Source: Chiloscyllium plagiosum (taxonomy: Eukaryota). Taken from it: a DNA stretch of 64,000 bases. Location: the NCBI RefSeq assembly GCF_004010195.1, contig NC_057718.1, positions 9,588,985 through 9,652,984 on the forward strand, read 5' to 3'. Of this stretch, positions 40,020 to 51,810 are shown piece by piece. The notes below the pieces were generated by a model. It did no database searches. It was not told where the DNA came from and saw only the letters and a program-made list of their open reading frames with translations. A program made the translations under genes and the position numbers. The first letter of the stretch is position 1, and every line of letters begins with the position of its first letter.

Positions 40020-40490
40020 ACAAAAAAACTACAGACGCTGGAATCCAAGGTAGACAAACAGAGAATTGGAAGAACACAGCAGGCCAGGCAGCATCAGGAG
40101 GTGAGGTAGTGATAGGTGAACACAGGTAGCGGGTACAATGTGGTTGTTCAATGGGAAGAATGAATTCGGTTGGCGACTGGAAAGGTCAGTCAGGGGAATG
40201 AGAGGGGGAAGGGCTGGAAAGGCAGTTGGGTAATGGGATGAGAGGTTATTTGAAATTGGAGAACTCTGGACAGTTTGGTTTGCTGTGGCAATGGAGGAAG
40301 CCGACGATGGTCATGTCGGAAAGGGAATAGGAAGAGGAATTAAAATGGGCAGTAATAGGAGGTCAGGTCAGCCCTTGCAGGCCCGGCTGAGATGTTCGTC
40401 AAAATGTGCCGAGTTTACATTTGGTCTCGCCGATGTAGAGAAGACCACATCGTGAGCACCAGATACAGTAAACTAGGTTGGAGGAGAGGC
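40020..40490 (-). mobile_element. Penelope-like element, 3' part
   Basis: Minus-strand NLVYCIWCSRCGLLYIGETK (GIY-YIG) at about 40480-40420, with a pLTR motif near 40030-40100. Confidence 0.8.
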
Positions 40491-40989
40491 AATTAAGCTG
40501 ACTGATGCCATCTCATCATCCATAATGTTGCTTATCTTCGCTGTTAGGAAAGGCTGTATACCATGAAGCTGGTATTTCCCTTCTTCAAATCCTCCTTGCG
40601 GCTTCCTATGTTAGAAGAGGGAAGGGGGGAAAAAATAGCTTTCATCCCTTTCTTCCCCCACAGCACATTTCCTATACAGAAGCCAAAATCAAGGGGAGAT
40701 TTGAGAGTTTTCAAAATCATGAGGAGCCTAGTCACAGTGGATAGGGAGAAACTGTTCCCACTTGTAAAAGGATTGTGAACGAGTGGTTACACTTTTAAAG
40801 TGTTTTACAAAGAAAGTAAATGTGAGGTGAGAAAACACTTTTTATACAGCATGTAGTTAGGGTCTAGAATGTTCTGTAAAATTTCTGGCATTTCCAAGAG
40901 TGGAGATGCTCTCCAATACCCTCGGACACTTCTTGGTGCTAAAGGCCTCAAATGTATCAGCAGATATTGCAAGCTCTTTGTCCAGGATG

Positions 40990-41995
40990 TTGCTGGAGAA
41001 GAAAAGTATGCAGTTTGGCCATTGGAGGGTGCAGAATGTTCTCAAAATGAAGAGGGACCTGCAGGACTCATTGTACACATTGGAACTAACGATATAGGAA
41101 GGGAAAAGGGTGACATTCTGAAGGGAGAATAATGAACGTTAGGCAGGAATTTAAAAAGGAGCTTCTTGAGTGTAGTAATATCTGAATTACTCCCGGTCCT
41201 ATGAGCTCGTAAGGGTAAGGAGGATAGAGCAGGTGAATGTGTGGCTGAAGAGCTGATGCAGGGGAGAAGGGTTCACACTTTTGGATCATTGGAATCTCTT
41301 CTGGATTAGAAGTGACCTGTACAAGAAGGATGGATTGCACCTGAATTGGAAGTGGATTAATATACTGGCAAGGAGATTTGCTAGAGCTGCTCAGGAGGAT
41401 TTAAACTAGTGGGGGAGGGGGTTGGGAAATGCTAAAGAAAGAGATCAAACTGAGACTGCTACAGTTGGGAAAAGGAGCAAGTCAAACTGTCAGGGCAGGC
41501 AGGAACAAAGGTGAGGTGGGGGAGTCCAGAACTAGAGGGCATAGGGTTCAGGTGAGAGGGGCAAGGTATAAAAGGGACTAAAGGGGCACCTTTTTTACAA
41601 AAGGTGATGCGTGTATGGAATGAGCTGTCAGAGGAAGTGGTGGAGGCTGGTACAATTACAGCATTTAAAAGGCATCTGAATGGATATATGAATAGGAATG
41701 GTTTAGAGGGGTATGGGCTGGAAATGTGTTGCTGGAAAAGCGCAGCAGGTCAGGCAGCATCCAGGGAACAGGAGAATCGACGTTTCGGGCATAAGCCCTT
41801 CTTCAGGAATTCCTGCTGCGCTTTTCCAGCAACACATTTCCAGCTCTGATCTCCAGCATCTGCAGACCTCACTTTCTCCTTAGAGGGATATGGGCCAAGT
41901 GCTGGCAAATGGGAGTACATTAGGTTAGAATATGGTCGGCATGAACGAGTTGGACCAAACGGTCTGTTTCCATGCTGCACATCTCTATGACTCTG
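40990..41995 (+). mobile_element. Internally deleted CR1 (ORF1 esterase region joined to the 3' end) carrying a Penelope mini-insertion at 41719-41880
   Basis: LIVHIGTNDIG motif; jump to the 3' region at about 41510; insertion flanked by TAGAGGG(G/A)TATGGGC at 41704 and 41881. Confidence 0.85.
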
Positions 41996-42269
41996 TAACC
42001 CCCAGAAATGTATGTTTCTTTGAGATGAAGGAACAGTACACCCATCCAGTGAATGAGGAGCTACCAACATTTAAACATAAATGTGAAGTGCAAGCACATG
42101 TCAGATAACTGTACTAAATCAACAGAGTCACCTTGTATTCTTCTGAAATTAATCTGATATTCATTCACTGTTGTTCCTCTCCTTCTGCCATTCAACCGGT
42201 CAGTATTTGTACAAGAATTTAATAAATGAGTCTCTGCTGACTATCCTCCAGTTTAAGCAAACAGATTCT

Positions 42270-43370
42270 CCTTCTGGATGTAGGTTTGCTCGCTGAGCTG
42301 GAAGATTCATTTTCAGATATTTTGTCACCATACTAGGTAACATCTTCAGTGAGCCTCCAGACAAAACACTGTTGGTGTTTCCTCCTTTCTATTTATATGG
42401 TTTGAGTTTCCTTGGGTTGGTGATGTCATTTCCTGTTCTTTTACTCAGGGGGTGGTAGGTGGGATTGAAGTCATTGTGTTTGTCAATAGAGTTCCAGTTG
42501 GAATGCCATGCTTCTAGAAATTCTCGTGCAGGTCTCTGTTTGACTTGTGCTAGGATGGATGTGTTGTCCCAGTCGAAGTGGTGTCCTTCCTTATCTGGAT
42601 GTAAGGATACGAGTGAGAGAGGGTCATATCGTTTTGTGGCTACTTAATGTTCATGTATCCTGGTGGCTAGTTTTCTGCCCATTTGTCCAATGTAGCGTTT
42701 GTTAAAGTTCTTGTATGGTATTTTGTAAATGATATTAGCTTTGCTTGTTGTCTGTATAAGATCTTTCAAGTTCATTAGTTGCTGTTTTAGTGTTTTGGTG
42801 GGCTACCATGATGCCAAAGGGTCTGAGTAGTCTGGTAGTCATTTCCAAATGTCTTTGATGTAGGGGAGATTGGATAGTGTTTCTAGATGCATTATGTCGC
42901 TGAAAAATTGGCGAACTGTGTTCATTGGGTACCCATTCTTTTTGAATACATTGTATATGTAATTTTCCTCTGCTCTGCAGTGTGTGGTGGCTCGTTGAAA
43001 TAATGTTCTGATGCAACTTCATTTGTGGGTGGTGGAATGATTGCTTCTGTAATTCAATATTTGGTCTGTATGTTGTTTTTCTGTAGACGCTGATTTGAAG
43101 TTCCCCGTTGGCTGTTCGCTCTACTGTGACATCCAGGAATGACCCCATCTACCACCCCCTAAGAAAAGAACAGGAAATGACATCACCATAGGAAATGTCA
43201 TCACCAACCCAAGAAAATAACTAGAAAGCAGGAAACACCAGCAATGCTTTGTCCAAAGGATCACTGAAGATTGTTATCTAGTATGGTGACTATCTCAAAC
43301 CTTCCAGCTCAGCGAGCAAACCTGCATCCAGACCCTCAGCCTGAGCTACAAATCTTCTCAATCTCGCTAG
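42270..43370 (-). mobile_element. Penelope-like element with inverted pLTRs
   Basis: FLDVTVERTANGELQISVYRK (RT thumb region); 42270-42460 and 43145-43370 are inverted copies. Confidence 0.85.
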
Positions 43371-43704
43371 ATTCTCCTTGTATCTCAGGTTGCCTATAAT
43401 CAATGATAGAAATAGCTGTGTACTGCTCTTTTCCCAGTGTCAAAATATCCTCTCTGAAAGATGCTAACCCCAAAACCAGTGCCCATTATAATTTTGGTTA
43501 TTTGTCAGTCTCATTTTAAAAATACATTCATGGGTCAAAGACATTGCTGACTAAACCAGAATTTAATGCTCATCCCTAAATGCCCTCCAGAAGGTGGAGG
43601 TGAACAAACTTTCTGAATTGCTGCAGTCCACAGAGTGTAAGTAAACCAATAAAGCTATTTGTGAAGGGAATTCCAGAATTTTGACTCAGCAATAGTGAAG
43701 TCAG

Positions 43705-44035
43705 AATCCCTACAGTGTGGAAACAGGCCCTTTAGCCCAAGTCCACACCAACCCTCCAAAGAGGGTCCCACCCAGACCCATCCCTCTACATTTCCCCCTG
43801 ACTAATGCGCCTAACCTACACATCCCTGAAGGCTATGGTACAATTTAACATGGCCAATTCACCTAACCTGCACATCTTTGGACTGTGGGAGGAAACTGAA
43901 TCACCTGGAGGAAATCCAAGCAGACACTGGGAAAATGTGCAAACTCCACACAAACAATCGCCCAAGGCTGGAATCGAACCCGGGCTCCTGGCGCTGTGCG
44001 GCAGCAATGCTAACCACTGAGCCACCATATCGCCC
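43705..44035 (-). mobile_element. HE1/V-SINE-type SINE
   Basis: Reverse complement of the 694-1022 family. Confidence 0.88.
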
Positions 44036-44979
44036 CACAGTGGCTCAGTATAATGGCAATACATTTTCAAGTCAAGGTGGTGAGTGATTTGAAAGAGAAC
44101 TTGGTGTTCCATTGCACCTCTTTTTTCTCTAGGTGGTAATGATTATGGGTTTAGAAGACATTGTTGAAAAAGTCTTGGTGAGTTACTGCAGTACATTCTG
44201 GGGATGGTACAAACTCCTGCTACTGTGTGTTGGTGTCAAAGAGATGCACTGGTCAATCCAGCATCAAATTCTTCTTAAATGAACAAAAACATAAAATACT
44301 AGAGGAAGTCAGTATGCTAGCATCATCTGTAAAGAGAAGAAAAAAAAGTTAATTTTCAAGTCCTCTGAGCCTTCTTCAGAACAACTGGTCATTCCCCTTC
44401 AACTCGTAAATTCATCAGTCGATTCTTCAACATTAGACAGTATGTTTCAATAATCAATTAATAGGTCCTTGGAGCACTGACAATACAGGAAAGTTGTTTG
44501 CATTCAATGATGTGACTGATTCAGGGCCTTTCCAAAATTACATTACTGACCTGAACTGCATGCGGTGAAAGAATTCTCACGTCACATTTAACTTCCTTTG
44601 TAAATTGCCTTAACAACAAGCCTCGTTGTTCATGACCCTTTTCCAAATGGGAACATTTTCTTGCCATCTACTGACTCAACCCCTTGTGATTTTGAAAACT
44701 TCCATTGAATCTCTCCTCCGCTTTGGCATCGCCAGAGGAAATTTACAAGTCAACAGTTCATGCAGCCAGGAGAAGTGAATGAGTAGTGGGAATGGGGGGA
44801 AACTTTTAACCTCCAACGTCTGGAGTACCGAAGAGATGAAGTGGGGAAATACCAATTTCATGCTTCTACAAAAGCTTCCAATCTTGAAATGAGTTCTGAG
44901 GAAAGATCATTTGATTTCTCCAGCAATTTATTGATTTTCAGATACTCCCATCCAGTTCTCAATTTCCTCCAACATCTCC

Positions 44980-46075
44980 ATTCCCCTACAAAATGGCGAC
45001 CTTCCCGCCAGAAATAACCGCCTCCTCTGGAGAAGAGGAGAATGGAGAGTGAGCAAGTCACATGACTAAGGATTTTTATGCGGTTGGGGGACGATTATCA
45101 CGTGGCCTACCCTAACCCAATCATTGCCGACTCCGGTTGCCGCCCCGCCCACTTTTCGCCTGTGTGGCGCTGGTCCCACCTTCCCCCAACGCCCTACGAC
45201 AGAACTCAATGTGATTGGCCGACAGTCACACGTCGTGTTCTCGCGAGGAGCTGTGGACTGCCGGCAGTTTGGGACGGTCACTCTCGCGAGATTATCATCC
45301 CCTCCCCTCCCCCAAAGAGTGATCTAGTCGCGGTAGCCGGGCGGCCATTACACTGGGAAGACTTTAGGAGGTAAAGGGGAAAAGGGGGCGGGGAAAGGGG
45401 CTGTAGCAAGCGCTCCTTTAGGAGATTTCCTAAAGATGATCGTTGAGGGTGGGGGCGCTACCGACATGGGAGATCAACTCCTTTCACCCTCCTCTGCCGC
45501 AGGTCGGCTCTTGGTCCGGGTGAGCAGGAAAGGGCCGACGAGGAGCGGGCTCGGCTCCCGGGGGTTTGGGGATGTAAGCGGGGGGCCGGGCCAACATGGC
45601 GGCGCTGAGGGAGGCAGCGGGGGAACTACAACTCCCAGCACGCACCGCGGTACTCTGTCCTTCCGTCACACTCTCCAAAGCACGCAGCCGCACACCTCAG
45701 GCAAGGGGAAAAAAAAAGTTGCGCTTGCTGCAACCCCATTAGGGGTTGAAGATCCATTGGCTTTGTGACTGCGGTCGGTTTTCTTCTGGTTATCGAGAAA
45801 ATGCAACCGCGATGCAAATCCGCCATGCTGCAAATAAACGGTGCAACAAGCTAGAGTGCCTGAGTGGCCTCTTGATGCTGTGCAGTAGTTTCATAGGCAC
45901 CTTCTGTGTATTCAGCGCTCTGTCGAAGGTTGCCCAATAATCCGACTTGTGTTTCGAGACTTAGTTTCTGTTTCTACGTGTTCTTATTTCAACTTGCATC
46001 ACGTCCAATCCTTGTTGTTGGCGACTGCACCGTGTTTATGAATTAAAAGGCGTCCGGAGGTTGGGCATTCAACTG
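44980..46075 (+). promoter_or_regulatory. CpG island, TATA-less housekeeping-type promoter of an unidentified gene (probably plus strand)
   Basis: High GC and CpG. YY1-type AAAATGGCG 44990 and CAACATGGCGGC 45592; GTCACATGAC 45057; CACGTG 45099; CCAAT boxes about 45117 and 45214; GC box 45142; TCTCGCGAG(A) 45239 and 45282; ACTACAACTCCCAGCA 45625. Plus-strand donors at 45371 and 45520. Confidence 0.85.
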
Positions 46076-46771
46076 AACGCTTCTCTAATAACAAGGTGGT
46101 AATTTACAGTAAACCATTTGTATTTAAAGCCCAATATTATTTGTGTTTTACTTGATTGCATTATTCGTTTATAGTCCTGGGGTGATAAATTTGCTCGTAG
46201 ATCTATCTTTACATCCGTCATATATCCGAGGGTGAAGGTTGCAATGCGGTTTGCTTTGGCCAGGGTTTGCATGTAATGTTTTACTGTTTTTCATCTCTCT
46301 TTCATGGTTCTGTTTTTTATCGTTCCTGGTATGTGTACTAAGTTGGCTGTCCACCAGAGTTGTGGTTGTACTTGTACTTGAGAATTAGGAAATATTTTTC
46401 TATGTAATTGCTATCCACTTAATATCTTCCCTGTTGGAAGAAAATGGGATGGTGTTAAGTAGTCTTGTGATAACTCTATAAAGTCTTAATTGTGACCTAG
46501 TACCAGAGGATGTTAGTGTAACTATATCTAAGATTTGTTGCAATTAAGTGAGGGAAAGTTAGAGCAAGGACTGATAGTATGCTATGTTTGTACACTTAGA
46601 GAAATTGTAAATATTTTTCCCAGTGATACCTTTTTCAAAAAAACTCAACACTAGCCTAAACTGCACTCCTTTTATGTTGTCATTTTCTGACAATGAGGGA
46701 TGAACCAGTTGGTAACTACTGAAAATGGATTCAAATTCTCACTGGCTGGCATACATTCTTTTCTGCTTGGC

Positions 46772-46966
46772 GAAAGTGAGGACTGTGGATACTGGAGATT
46801 AGAATCAAGAGTGCGGTGCTGGAAAAGCATAGCAGGTCAGGCAGCATCCAAGGAGTAGGATAGTCGACGTTTCAGACGAAAGCCCTTCAGACAGCATCCA
46901 AGGCATCGACTTTCTTCCTTGAATGCTGTCTGACCTGCTGTGCTTTTCTAGCACTTCACTCTTGAC
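46772..46966. mobile_element. Fold-back Penelope pLTR mini-insertion
   Basis: 15-bp direct repeats TCTTTTCTGCTTGGC at 46757-46771 and 46967-46981; internal inverted arms. Confidence 0.8.
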
Positions 46967-48614
46967 TCTTTTCTGCTTGGCCCAAACAAGGACACTGGTG
47001 ACTACTGCTGTTTTCCTGTGCATGGTTGCATTTGATGGAAGCGCTTTGAATTTTTAATTTGTATCAAAAGTGTCTAAATTTGATTAGAACAGAGCTGTAG
47101 CAATTCAGCATGTGGAGCAGTTAATGTTTTGAACCAATATGTCCTTATTAGCTGTATTTGATCCATACTGACTGTTGCTTTCCTGAGAAACTAGGATTCC
47201 ACTTGGGAATCATTCCAAATAGCTTGAAGGTCTAAAGCATGAGATTTAAAAAATTTTCATACTATGAAATTTGAAAGTGTTGAATTAGAGAATTTTTAAT
47301 TCACTTCACAAACTGCTTGAACTAACATAAGTAGATAAAGTGACAAAGTTGCTTTTTCGTGCATTGTACACCAAATTCATCCAAACCATTCTGGTGCCCT
47401 TATGTCACGAGCGATATACTGTCCAGAGAAGGTTCACAAGGTTGATTCCAAACGTGGAGTGATTTTCTTGGTGGCTTGGGCTTCTATTCACAAGTTTAGA
47501 AGAATGATTTTTAAAGCATAGAGTTTGACAAGGTAGATGCAGAGATAAACAAATACGGAATGCTGGAGAAACTTAACAGGGCAGCATCTTTGGCGAGAGA
47601 GAAACAATTGATGTTTCGAATCTGGTATGATTCCCCTTTGGAATGGAGAAGTTATTTCCCTTTGAGCGTGCATAATCTCAGAATGAAGGATCACATATTG
47701 AAAAGGGATGTAGTTTTTTTTCTGAGAATGGTAAAGAATTCCAGATTTACCAGAGGGCTGTAGAGGATAGGTCATTAAGTATATTCAAGATTGAGACAGA
47801 CTTTTAATCAGTATGGGATTTGAGGGTTATGGGGAAAAGACAGGAAAATGGAATTGGGGATTATCACACAACCATGATCATCTTGAATGGTGGATGGGCT
47901 GAATGGCCTACTTTTGCTGCTCTGTCTTATTTGTTAAGCATAATTTCCCTTTCATATATTCATGTTAACTTTGTCCAGACTTGAACTCGACCACATTCTT
48001 GGTTTCAAGAAATACACCATGCTTCAACTTATAGTTGTTCCATGAATCTGCAACACGTTCCCCCTTTGACTTGGTTGGAAGAATAGATTCTGATCATCTA
48101 AAAGCACTGGGATGTACTTTCCTTCATCCTCTGGATCATTGAAAGACATGCAAACTACCATTTACTGATGTTAACCCAGGTGATCATGAGATACTTTGCA
48201 TACATTTTGTAGTTATTTTCACGATGAAAGAGACCGGTTGCAATTACTTCTGAACTTCATGTACCTTCCTTTCAACTTGATTTGCTTCACGACATTCAAA
48301 AGCATTATGCATTCAGAAGCTTAAATTAATATTAAATTGTTTTTCGAAGATAAATTCAAAAAATGTTACCCATCAAGTAAGTTGTCTGAGCTTGTGTCCT
48401 GATAAAATCTTCATTGAGGTTGATGAGTTGAAAGATAGAGGAGTTGAAGAGGAACTGATGTGGTAACTGCAGAATGCTTTTATTTACAAATGTGATCACA
48501 ATGGTTATCTTCGTAGGCTGTGATATTTCTGTGTGAGACTTGTTTTTCAGCTGATAGTGTTCTATCTTCAAAGGATGGCTACATTGCATTAAAACCAAAC
48601 AGTTTTTCTTTTAT

Positions 48615-48822
48615 AGTAGAGAATGTGGTGCGAGAAAAGTACAGCAGGTCAGGCAGCATCTGAGGAGCAGGTGAATTGACATTTCGGGCAAGAGCTCTAA
48701 TGAAAGGCCTGATGAAGGGCTCTTGCCTGAAATGTCAATTGTCCTGTTCCTCTGATGCACTTGCTTTTCCAGCACCACACTCGTGACTCTGATCTCCAGC
48801 ATCTGTAGTCCTCATTTTCTCC
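48615..48822. mobile_element. Fold-back Penelope pLTR insertion with a hammerhead-like core at 48709-48736
   Basis: CTGATGA-A-GGGC-tctt-GCCT-GAAA-TG-TC; inverted arms. Confidence 0.7.
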
Positions 48823-48964
48823 TGGAAAATGAGTCGGTGACCTCAATGTTTCAAATATGTCAAATAAATTTTACCTACTTGTGTGTGTCTCATTTTACCA
48901 TGAATAGGAATTTTTGAGTTGAAACATGGTATACCTAATTGTGTTGTATTTTAAGGGATGTTTT

Positions 48965-49320
48965 GGGGCAGTACAGTGCCTTAGTGGTTAGCACTGCTGC
49001 CTCATGCTGCCAGGGACTTGGGTTCAATTCCCCCCTCAGATGACTGTGCAAACTCCACACAGACATTCTCCCCATGTCTGCATGGGTTTCTTCCAGGTAC
49101 TCTGGTTTCCTCCCACAGTCTAAACATGTGCAGGTTAGGTTGATCAGCCATGCTAAATTGTCCATAATGTTCAGGGATGTGTTGGTTATGTGGATTGGTC
49201 ATGGGAAATGTAGTGTTGCAGGAATAGTGTAGGGGTGGATCTGGGTGGGATTCTCTTCGGATGTATGGTGTGGACTCAGTGTGCCAAATGGCCTGCTTCC
49301 ACACTGTAGGGATTCTATGA
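48965..49320 (+). mobile_element. HE1/V-SINE-type SINE
   Basis: tRNA-like head with B box GGTTCAATTCC, central domain and tail as in 694-1022. Confidence 0.85.
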
Positions 49321-50917
49321 TACTGGCTTTGTTCCTCCCAGATGAGTCAGAGTTAATTTTTATTGCTCTCATTCTTATAAGACAAAAGCCAAACCTGAAT
49401 TTTGCTTTGTTAGCCTACAGTTTGTGGGGGAGAAAAAATGAAAGTTTAAAATTACGTATGTATAATGCAGCCCTCCTCAACTGACAAAGCGCTATCCAAT
49501 CTTTTCTTTATATACAGTTTGTAAAATATATAAAGCAGCTGTGCTGACATGTTACATCTGTGATGTTTGACCAGGTGCCACATCAAAGATTAGAACTGAA
49601 AATAAGAGCTTGTGGTGGAGGGGAAACTATTTAGTATGAATTAATCATTGGCAAGTGAACAGGAATAAGAGGGACAAATGAGTAGTTTTTGGTTTTGCAT
49701 GATAGTGCCTCAGGGATCAGTGTTGGGGACTTCAGTTATCAATAGTCAATATCGTTGACTTGGATAAAGGGGATTAATATGATAGCTGAGTTTTCTGAAG
49801 ATGGTGGTAGCTATGAAAAGGACTTGGACACATTTGAGTGGGCAAAAATATGGCAAATGAAATGTAATGTGGCACACTGAGTTTGTCCACTTTGGCAGGA
49901 AGATTAGAAAAAACGAGAACGCACTTATTTAAGACAGGAAAGGATTCCTCACAATGTCAATGTCAAGAACAAATTTGAGATTTTTAAATCTCAAATGGTC
50001 ATTAGTTTGTGGATTGTTTTTTCCCCAGAAAACAATGGAGGCAGGTTCATTGCCTTAAATACTTCGAGTTAGAGTCTTGACTGACAAAAGGGTTATAGGA
50101 TAGAGGCCACAGTTAGATCACCCAAGTAAATGATGAAGCAGGAATGAGTGACTGACCTGTTCCTGCTCTTAATTTGTCCATTTACATGACTCTGTTGATA
50201 TCTTATACATGTTTTTGCTAATGATGAATAAAAGTGATCTAGTAGTATGTGTATAAATTGTTCATCTCTCCACACATTCCTGTCATTCTCCATTTTTTAA
50301 AAAAACTCCTTTTTTTTCCAGTGTTACACACACTGTTCCCTGGCTGAATGCATAGGTAGCAGATCTGCCTTATGACTTCTGAAATGGGGCACTTTAACTC
50401 GTTTGCAAGTTGTGGGTTTTCTGATCAGGTTGCTTTCTTTTTTCTCAGACAGGAAAAGACTGGGAAAAGACTGTGCCACATTATATCTCATCTGCCATAT
50501 CATCTTGCACTGTTGTTGTCTTTCCGCTTTCCATTTGTTCTTGATGTTGACATTGTGAGGAATCCTTTCCTCCTTGCACAACAAATGAATTGCATGTTTG
50601 TCTTCCCACTTGCACTCCTACTGTTTTAATTGAATGAAGCAAGATTCCCTTTCTACTCTGAGGGAGAGTATTTTGTTCAATTTAACTGTTTCTCATTTTT
50701 TTAAGAATTAGAAACTTCTGTATGAGTCAATCACTTCAAAAGCTGCTTCCTCATATCAATTTAGTTTTAGTATTGACAAATTTATTTTCTGGCTAAAACC
50801 TCAAATATGAAAAGGAGTACTTTATAGGGTGTGAAACTATCAATGGGATAAAACAGGGACTCATCATTGAGTAATGGGTCTAATTTAGCAGGAATTGCTC
50901 TAAGAATATCAGTGGTA

Positions 50918-51153
50918 CAGTAAATCGGATAATGTTAGTTGCTGTGTCTCAAATTGGCATGCTAGGAAATAGAAAATAATGTGAAGCAAGCAGGAAAAAA
51001 ACTATCATTTAGATTGCAGCTTTCAAAGGGGTTTTCAGTAAATCGGATAATGTTAGTTGCTGTGTCTCAAATTGGCATGCTAGGAAATAGAAAATAATGT
51101 GAAGCAAGCAGGAAAAAACTATCATTTAGATTGCAGCTTTCAAAGGGGTTTTC
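50918..51153. repeat. Near-perfect 118-bp tandem duplication
   Basis: Copies start at 50918 and 51036 and differ only in the length of one A run. Confidence 0.95.
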
Positions 51154-51469
51154 GCTATGACCATCTAGAAAGCACTTTCTATTAAACTTGTATGCACCAG
51201 TAAATACTCTAGAATGGGTTACATGGTGTCTTTTATAGGGATTTAATGAATCAGCTGGTTCTTCTCTCTGTCATTGATTGCAAGGCAGTCTTCCAATTTA
51301 TCTAAATAACTAGATGAGTATTATAAGCTACATATGAATCATTTAGTACCTGAAGTCTCAAATTGAGTTCCAGCTATCTAATTATTAACTAGTTTAATGT
51401 TTTTATATTATACATGGATTCAGTTTTGTGGGGGCTTTTGTTCTGCTCTTACACTCAGTGATCAGTGAA

Positions 51470-51810
51470 TTTTAAGAAGATTTGTAGCTAAAGTTGAGGT
51501 TCTAGGTGTAGGTTTGCTCGCTGAGCCGGAAGGTTCATTTTCAGATGTTTTGTCACCATACTGGGTAACATCTTCAGGGAGCCTCCAATTGAAACACTGG
51601 TGGCGTAGCCCGCTTTCTACTTATATGGTTTGAGTTTCCTTGGGTTGGTGATGTAATTTCCTGTGGTGACATCATTTCCTATGGTGATGTTGTTTCCTGT
51701 TCCTTTTCGCAGGTGGGAGAGTGAAAGAGAGATAAATGGGATCCAAGTCAATCAACAAACACATTGACTTGGATCCCATTTATCACCCCCCTGAGAAAAG
51801 GAAGAAATCT
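51470..51810. mobile_element. Penelope-like pLTR fragment (same family as 42270-43370)
   Basis: Shared GTAGGTTTGCTCGCTGAGC...GTCACCATACT.GGTAACATCTTCAG sequence and a short internal inversion. Confidence 0.75.

Noticed and set aside
45596..45742. ATGGCGGCG as start of a coding first exon (MAALREAAGEL...)
   Set aside because: Short unrecognised peptide ending in a stop, with no canonical GT donor evident. The sequence is better explained by YY1- and ZNF143-type motifs.
44980..46075. Assignment of the CpG-island gene to REPS1 by human synteny
   Set aside because: No REPS1-like N-terminal coding sequence found; left unassigned.
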